Assembly (NCBI GenBank): GCA_964016885.1
Contig: OZ024740.1
Coordinates: forward strand, 24,676,001 to 24,740,000
Reading direction: 5' to 3'
DNA from: Eledone cirrhosa
Lineage: Eukaryota
Length of the DNA stretch: 64,000 nucleotides
Position numbers and translations under genes: made by a program. The notes beneath the pieces are model-generated. The model did not search any database. It saw only the letters and a program-made list of their open reading frames with translations, and was not told the origin of the DNA. The stretch's first letter is position 1, and each line of letters opens with the position of its first letter. This document shows positions 55,901-64,000 of this stretch, piece after piece.

Positions 55901-58900
55901 GTCGAACGGTTTGTCTTCCATTCAACTGACACTGTATATGGAAGACCGTCCGTTTCAATGTCATCTCATGTCGAACGGTTGGTCTTCCATACAACTGACA
56001 CTGTATATGGAAGACCGTCCCTTTCAATGGCATCTCATGTCGAACGGTTGGTCTTCCCTACAACTGACACTGTATATGGAAGACCGTTCCATTCAATGGC
56101 ATCTCATGTCGAACGGTTGGTCTTCCATACAACTGACTCTGTATATGGAAGACCGTACTTTTCAATGGAATCTCATGTCGAACCGTTGGTCTTTCATACA
56201 ACTGATACTGTATATAGACGACCGTCCCTTTCAAGGGCATCTCATGTCGAATGGTTGGTCTTCCATACAACTGACACTGTATATGAAAGACCGTCTCTCT
56301 CAATGGCATCTCATGTCGAACCGTTGGTCTTCCATACAACTGACACTCTATATGGAAGACCGTCCCTTTCAATGGCATCTCATGTCGAACGTTTAGTCGT
56401 CCATACAACTGACACTGTATATGAAAGACCGTCCCTTTCAATGGCATCTCATGTAGAACGGTTGGTCTTCCATACAACTGACACTGTATATGAAAGACCG
56501 TCCTTTCAATGGCATCACATGTCGAACGGTTGGTCTTTATACAACTGACACTGTATATGAAAGACCGTCTCTCTCAATGGCATCTCATGTCGAACCGTTG
56601 GTCTTCCATACAACTGACACTCTATATGGAAGACCGTTCCTTTCAATGGCATATCATGTCGAACGGTTGGTCTTGCTTACAACTGACACTGTATATGGAA
56701 GACCATTCCATTCAATGGCATCTCATGTCGAACGGTTGGTCTTCCATACAACTGACTCTGTATATGGAAGACCGTCCCTTTCAATGGCATCTCATGTCGA
56801 ACCGTTGGTCTTCCATACAACTGATACTGTATATGGAAGACCGTCCCTTTCAAAGGCATCTCATGACGAATAGTTGGTCTTCCAGACAACTGACACTGTA
56901 TATGAAAGACCGTCTCTTTCAATGGCATCTCATGTAGAACGGTTGGTCTTCCATACAACTGACACTGTATATGGAAGACCGTCTCTTTCAATGGCATCTC
57001 ATGTCGAACGGTTGGTCTTCCATTCAACTGACACTGTATATGGAAGACCGTCTCTTTCAATGGCATCTCATGTCGAACGGTTGGTCTTCCATTCAACTGA
57101 CACTGTATATGGAAGACCGTCCCTTTCAATCGCATCTCATGTCGAACGGTTGCTCTTCCATACAACTGACACTCTATATGGAAGACCGTCCCTTTCAATG
57201 GCATCTCATGTCGAACGGTTGGTCTTCCATACAACTGACACTGTATATGGAAGACCGTCCCTTTCAATGGCATCTCATGTCGAAGGCTTGGTCTTCCATA
57301 CAACTGACTCTGTATATGAAAGCCCATCCCTTTCAATGGCATATCATGTCGAACCGTTGGTCTTCCATACAACTGAAACTGTATATCGAAGACGGTCCCT
57401 TTCAATGCCATCTCATGTCGAAACGTTGGTCTTCCATACAACTGACACTCTATATGGTAGACCGTCCCTTTCAATGTCATCTCATATCGAACGGTTGGTC
57501 TTCTATACAACTGACACTGTATATGGAAGAAAGTCCCTTTCAATGGCATCTCATGTCGAAGGCTTGGTCTTCCAACAACTGACTCTGTATATGAAAGCCT
57601 TTCCCTTTCAATGGCATATCATGTCGAACGGTTGGTCTTCCATACAACTGACACTGTATATGGAAGACCGTTCCATTCAATGGCATCTCATGTCGAAAGG
57701 TTGGTCTTCCATACAACTGATACTGTATATGGAAGACCGTCCCTTTCAAGGGCATCTCATGTCGAATGGTTGGTCTTCCAGACAACTGACACTGTATATG
57801 AAAGACCGTCCCTTTCAATGGCATCTCATGTAGAACGGTTGGTCTTCCATACAACTGACACTGTATATGAAAGACCGTCCTTTCAATGGCATCTCATGTC
57901 GAACGGTTGGTCTTTATACAACTGACACTATATATGAAAGACCGTCCACTTCAATGGCATATCATGTCGAACGGTTGGTCTTCCATACAACTGACACTGT
58001 ATATGGAAGACCGTTCCATTCAATGGCATCTCATGTCGAACGGTTGGTCTTCCATACAACTGACTCTGTATATGGAAGACCGTCCCTTTCAATGGCATCT
58101 CATGTCGAACCGTTGGTCTTCCATACAACTGATACTGTATATGGAAGACCGTCCCTTTCAAAGGCATATCATGTCGAATGGTTGGTCTTCCATACAACTG
58201 ACTCTGTATATGGAAGACCGTCCCTTTCAAGGGCATCTCATGTCGAATGGTTGGTCTTCCAGACAACTGACACTGTATATGAAAGACCGTCCTTTCAATG
58301 GCATCACATGTCGAACGGTTGGTCTTTATACAACTGGCAGTATATATGAAAGACCGTCCATTTCAATGGCATATCATGTCGAAAGGTTTGTCTTCCATAC
58401 AACGGACACTGTATATGGAAGACCGTCCCTTTCAATTGCATCTCATGTCGAACGGTTGGTCTTCCATTCAACTGACACTGTATATGGAAGGCCGTTCCTT
58501 TCAATGGCATCTCATGTCGAACAGTTGGTCTTCCATTCATCTGACACTGTATATGGAAGACCGTCCCTTTCAATTGCATCTCATGTCGAACGGTTGGTCT
58601 TCCATTCAAATGACACTGTATATGGAAGACCGTCCCTTTCAATGGCATCTCATGTCGAACGGTTGCTCTTCCATACAACTGACACTCTATATGGAAGACC
58701 GTCCCTTTCAATGGCATCTCATGTCGAACCGTTGGTCTTCCATACAACTGATACTGTATATAGACGACCGTCCCTTTCAAGGGCATCTCATGTCGAATGG
58801 TTGGTCTTCCATACAATTGACACTGTATATGAAAGACCGTCTCTCTCAATGGCATCTCATGTAGAACGGTTGGTCTTCCATACAACTGACAGTGTATATG

Positions 58901-61900
58901 GAAGACCGTCCCTTTCAATGGCATCTCATGTCGAATGTTTGTTATTCCATACAACTGACACTGTATATGAAAGACCATCCCTTTCAATGGCATATCATTT
59001 CGAACGATTGGTCTTCCATACAACTGACACTGTATATGGAAGACGGTCCTTTTCAATGGCATCTCATGTCGAACCGTTGGTCTTCCATACAACTGACACT
59101 TTATATGGAAGACCGTCCCTTTCAATGGCATCTCATGTCGAACGTTTAGTCGTCCATACAACTGACACTGTATATGAAAGACCGTCCTTTCAATGGCATC
59201 ACATTTCGAACGGTTGGTCTTTATACAACTGACACTATACATGAAAGACCGTCCATTTCAATGGCATATCATGTCGAACGCTTTGTCTTCCATATAACAG
59301 ACACTGTATATGGAAGACCGTCCCTTTCAATGGCATCTCATGTCAAACGGTTCGTCTTCCATTCAACTGATACTGTATATGGAAGACCGTCCCTTTCAAT
59401 GGCATCTCATGTCGAACGGTTGGTCTTCTCTACAACTGACACTGTATATGGAAGACCGTCCCTTTCAATGGCATCTCATGTCGAATGTTTGTTATTCCAT
59501 ACAACTGACACTGTATATGAAAGACCATCCCTTTCAATGGCATATCATTTCGAACGATTGGTCTTCCATACAACTGACACTGTATATGGAAGACGGTCCT
59601 ATTCAATGGCATCTCATGTCGAACCGTTGGTCTTCCATACAACTGACACTCTATATGGAAGACCGTCCCTTTCAATGGCATCTCATGTCGAACGGTTGGT
59701 CTTCCATACAACTGACACTGTATATGGAAGACCGTCCCTTTCAATGGCATCTCATGTCGAAGGCTTGGTCTTCCATACAACTGACTCTGTATATGAAAGC
59801 CCATCCCTTTCAATGGCATATCATGTCGAACCGTTGGTCTTCCATACAACTGAAACTGTATATCGAAGACGGTCCCTTTCAATGCCATCTCATGTCGAAA
59901 CGTTGGTCTTCCATACAACTGACACTCTATATGGTAGACCGTCCCTTTCAATGTCATCTCATATCGAACGGTTGGTCTTCTATACAACTGACACTGTATA
60001 TGGAAGAAAGTCCCTTTCAATGGCATCTCATGTCGAAGGCTTGGTCTTCCAACAACTGACTCTGTATATGAAAGCCTTTCCCTTTCAATGGCATATCATG
60101 TCGAACGGTTGGTCTTCCATACAACTGACACTGTATATGGAAGACCGTTCCATTCAATGGCATCTCATGTCGAAAGGTTGGTCTTCCATACAACTGATAC
60201 TGTATATGGAAGACCGTCCCTTTCAAGGGCATCTCATGTCGAATGGTTGGTCTTCCAGACAACTGACACTGTATATGAAAGACCGTCCCTTTCAATGGCA
60301 TCTCATGTAGAACGGTTGGTCTTCCATACAACTGACACTGTATATGAAAGACCGTCCTTTCAATGGCATCTCATGTCGAACGGTTGGTCTTTATACAACT
60401 GACACTATATATGAAAGACCGTCCACTTCAATGGCATATCATGTCGAACGGTTGGTCTTCCATACAACTGACACTGTATATGGAAGACCGTTCCATTCAA
60501 TGGCATCTCATGTCGAACGGTTGGTCTTCCATACAACTGACTCTGTATATGGAAGACCGTCCCTTTCAATGGCATCTCATGTCGAACCGTTGGTCTTCCA
60601 TACAACTGATACTGTATATGGAAGACCGTCCCTTTCAAAGGCATATCATGTCGAATGGTTGGTCTTCCATACAACTGACTCTGTATATGGAAGACCGTCC
60701 CTTTCAAGGGCATCTCATGTCGAATGGTTGGTCTTCCAGACAACTGACACTGTATATGAAAGACCGTCCTTTCAATGGCATCACATGTCGAACGGTTGGT
60801 CTTTATACAACTGGCACTATATATGAAAGACCGTCCATTTCAATGGCATATCATGTCGAAAGGTTTGTCTTCCATACAACGGACACTGTATATGGAAGAC
60901 CGTCCCTTTCAATTGCATCTCATGTCGAACGGTTGGTCTTCCATTCAACTGACACTGTATATGGAAGGCCGTTCCTTTCAATGGCATCTCATGTCGAACA
61001 GTTGGTCTTCCATTCATCTGACACTGTATATGGAAGACCGTCCCTTTCAATTGCATCTCATGTCGAACGGTTGGACTTCCATTCAAATGACACTGTATAT
61101 GGAAGACCGTCCCTTTCAATGGCATCTCATGTCGAACGGTTGCTCTTCCATACAACTGACACTCTATATGGAAGACCGTCCCTTTCAATGGCATCTCATG
61201 TCGAACCGTTGGTCTTCCATACAACTGATACTGTATATAGACGACCGTCCCTTTCAAGGGCATCTCATGTCGAATGGTTGGTCTTCCATACAATTGACAC
61301 TGTATATGAAAGACCGTCTCTCTCAATGGCATCTCATGTAGAACGGTTGGTCTTCCATACAACTGACAGTGTATATGGAAGACCGTCCCTTTCAATGGCA
61401 TCTCATGTCGAATGTTTGTTATTCCATACAACTGACACTGTATATGAAAGACCATCCCTTTCAATGGCATATCATTTCGAACGATTGGTCTTCCATACAA
61501 CTGACACTCTATATGGAAGACCGTCCCTTTCAATGGCATCTCATGTCGAACGTTTAGTCGTCCATACAACTGACACTGTATATGAAAGACCGTCCTTTCA
61601 ATGGCATCACATTTCGAACGGTTGGTCTTTATACAACTGACACTATACATGAAAGACCGTCCATTTCAATGGCATATCATGTCGAACGCTTTGTCTTCCA
61701 TATAACGGACACTGTATATGGAAGACCGTCCCTTTCAATGGCATCTCATGTCAAACGGTTCGTCTTCCATTCAACTGATACTGTATATGGAAGACCGTCC
61801 CTTTCAATGGCATCTCATGTCGAACGGTTGGTCTTCTCTACAACTGACACTGTATATGGAAGACCGTCCCTTTCAATGGCATCTCATGTCGAACCGTTGG

Positions 61901-64000
61901 TCTTCCATACAACTGACAGTGTATATGGAAGACCGTCCCTTTCAATGGCATCTCATGTCAAATGTTTGTTATTCCATACAACTGACACTGTATATGAAAG
62001 ACCATCCCTTTCAATGGCATATCATTTCGAACGATTGGTCTTCCATACAACTGACACTGTATATGGAAGACGGTCCTATTCAATGGCATCTCATGTCGAA
62101 CCGTTGGTCTTCCATACAACTGACACTCTATATGGAAGACCGTCCCTTTCAATGGCATCACATGTCGAACGGTTGGTCTTTATACAACTGACACTATACA
62201 TGAAAGACCGTCCATTTCAATGGCATATCATGTCGAACGCTTTGTCTTCCATATAACGGACACTGTATATGGAAGACCGTCCCTTTCAATGGCATCTCAT
62301 GTCGAACGGTTGGTCTTCCTTTCAACTGACACTGTATATGGAAGACCGTCTCTTTCAATGGCATCTCATGTCGAACGGTTGGTCTTCCATTCAACTGACA
62401 CTGTATATGGAAGTCCGTTCCTTTCAATGGCATCTCATGTCGAACAGTTGGTCTTCCATTCATCTGACACTGTATAGGGAAGACCGTCCCTTTCAATGGC
62501 ATCTCATGTCGAACGGTTGGTCTTCCATACAACTGACACTGTATATGGAAGACCGTCCCTTCCAATGGCATCTCATGTCGAAGGCTTGGTCTTACATACA
62601 ACTGACACTGTATATGAAAGCCCATCCCTTTCAATGGCATATCATGTCGAACCGTTGGTCTTCCATACAACTGACACTGTATATGGAACACGGTCACTTT
62701 CAATGGCATCTCATGTCGAACCGGTGGTCTTCCATTCATCTGACACTGTATATGGAAGACCGTCTCTTTCAATCGCATCTCATGTCGAACGGTTGCTCTT
62801 CCATACAGCTGACACTCTATATGGAAGACCGACCCTTACAATGGCATCTCATGTCGAACGGTTGGTCTTCCATACAACTGACACTGTATATGAAAGCCCA
62901 TCCCTTTCAATGGCATATCATGTCGAAGGCTTGGTCTTCCATACAACTGACACTGTATATGAAAGACTATCCCTTTCAATGGCATATCATTTCGAACGAA
63001 TGGTCTTCAAAACAACTGACACTGTATATGGAACACGGTCACTTTCAATGGCATCTCATGTCGAACCGCTGGTCTTCCATACAACTGACACTCTATATGG
63101 AAGACCGTCCCTTTCAATGGCATCTCATGTCGAACGGTTGGTCGTCCATACAACTGAAACTGTATATAGAAGACCGTCTTTCAATGGCATCTCATGTCGA
63201 ACGGTTGGTCTTCCATACAACTGACACTGTACATGGAAGACGGTCCCTTTCAATGGCATCTCATGTCAAACGGTTTGTCTTTCATACAACTGACACTGTA
63301 TATGGAAGACCGTTCCATTCAATGGCATCTCATGTAGAACGGTTGATCTTCCATTAAACTGATACTGTATATGGAAGACCGTCCCTTTCAATGGCATCTC
63401 ATGTCGAACGGTTGGTCTTCCATACAACTGACACTGTATATGGAAGACCGTTCCATTCAATGGCATATCATGTCGAACGGTTGGTCTTCCATACAACTGA
63501 CTCTGTATATGGAAGACCGTCCTTTCAATGGCATCTCATGTCGAACCGTTGGTCTTCCATACAACTGATACTGTATATGTACGACCGTCCCTTTCAAGGG
63601 CATCTCATGTCGAATGGTTGGTCTTCTAGACAACTGACACTGTATATGAAAGACCGTCTCTCTCAATGGCATATCATGTCGAATGTTTGTTATTCCATAC
63701 ATGACACTGTATATGAAAGACCATCCCTTTCAATGGCATATCATTTCGAACGATTGGTCTTCCATACAACTGACACTGTATATTGAAGACGGTCCCTTTC
63801 AATGGCATCTCATGTCGAACCGTTGGTCTTCCATACAACTGACACTCTATATGGAAGACCGTCCATTTCAATGGCATATCATTTCGAACGTTTAGTCGTC
63901 CATACAACTGACACTGTATATGAAAGACTGTCCTTTCAATGGCATCACATGTCGAACGGTTGGTCTTTATACAACTGACACTATATATGAAAGACCGTCC
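22993..64000. repeat. 69-bp tandem satellite DNA, about 595 monomers, continuing beyond the window
   Basis: Consensus CTGACACTGTATATGGAAGACCGTCCCTTTCAATGGCATCTCATGTCGAACGGTTGGTCTTCCATACAA; single orientation, no interrupting elements seen, typically 0-6 substitutions per copy. Confidence 0.99.

Noticed and set aside
22966-63907. Hundreds of ORFs with 23-aa repeats (MASHVERLVF.., MEDRPFQWHL.., HIQCQLYGRP..)
   Set aside because: 69 is divisible by 3 and the consensus lacks stops in three frames. Frequent frameshifts and stops, with no favoured frame, indicate non-coding satellite. The spacing does not fit C2H2 zinc fingers (28 aa, CxxC..HxxxH).
22993-64000. CRISPR array, or hammerhead/tRNA-containing satellite
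   Set aside because: There are no unique spacers or cas genes. The minus-strand CATGA-GATGCCATT-GAAA lacks the CUGA core, and GTTCGACAT is not a full B box.

Overview
Eukaryotic, AT-rich, repeat-only window with no intact host gene. The SINE types and the density of (TA)n/(TG)n tracts suggest a cephalopod (octopus-like) genome, which is an inference. Bases 1-22.9 kb are a patchwork of microsatellites and decayed mobile elements: an internally deleted Chapaev3-like DNA transposon with intact termini, an RTE-type LINE remnant, a DD37D (maT) element and a classical mariner, a hAT-like MITE, two tRNA-derived SINE families (CORE-like and Meta-domain-like) and a 5S rRNA fragment. The same region has several short (TA)n-embedded modules carrying minimal hammerhead ribozyme (HHR) motifs of the Penelope-like-element type. 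Three of these modules are fold-back palindromes, and one is centred on a back-to-back HHR pair. From 22,993 to the end (about 41 kb, about 595 copies) runs a 69-bp satellite whose monomer is itself a hairpin, organised into local higher-order repeats of about 21-61 monomers. Nearly all ORFs in the track are artefacts of these repeats.
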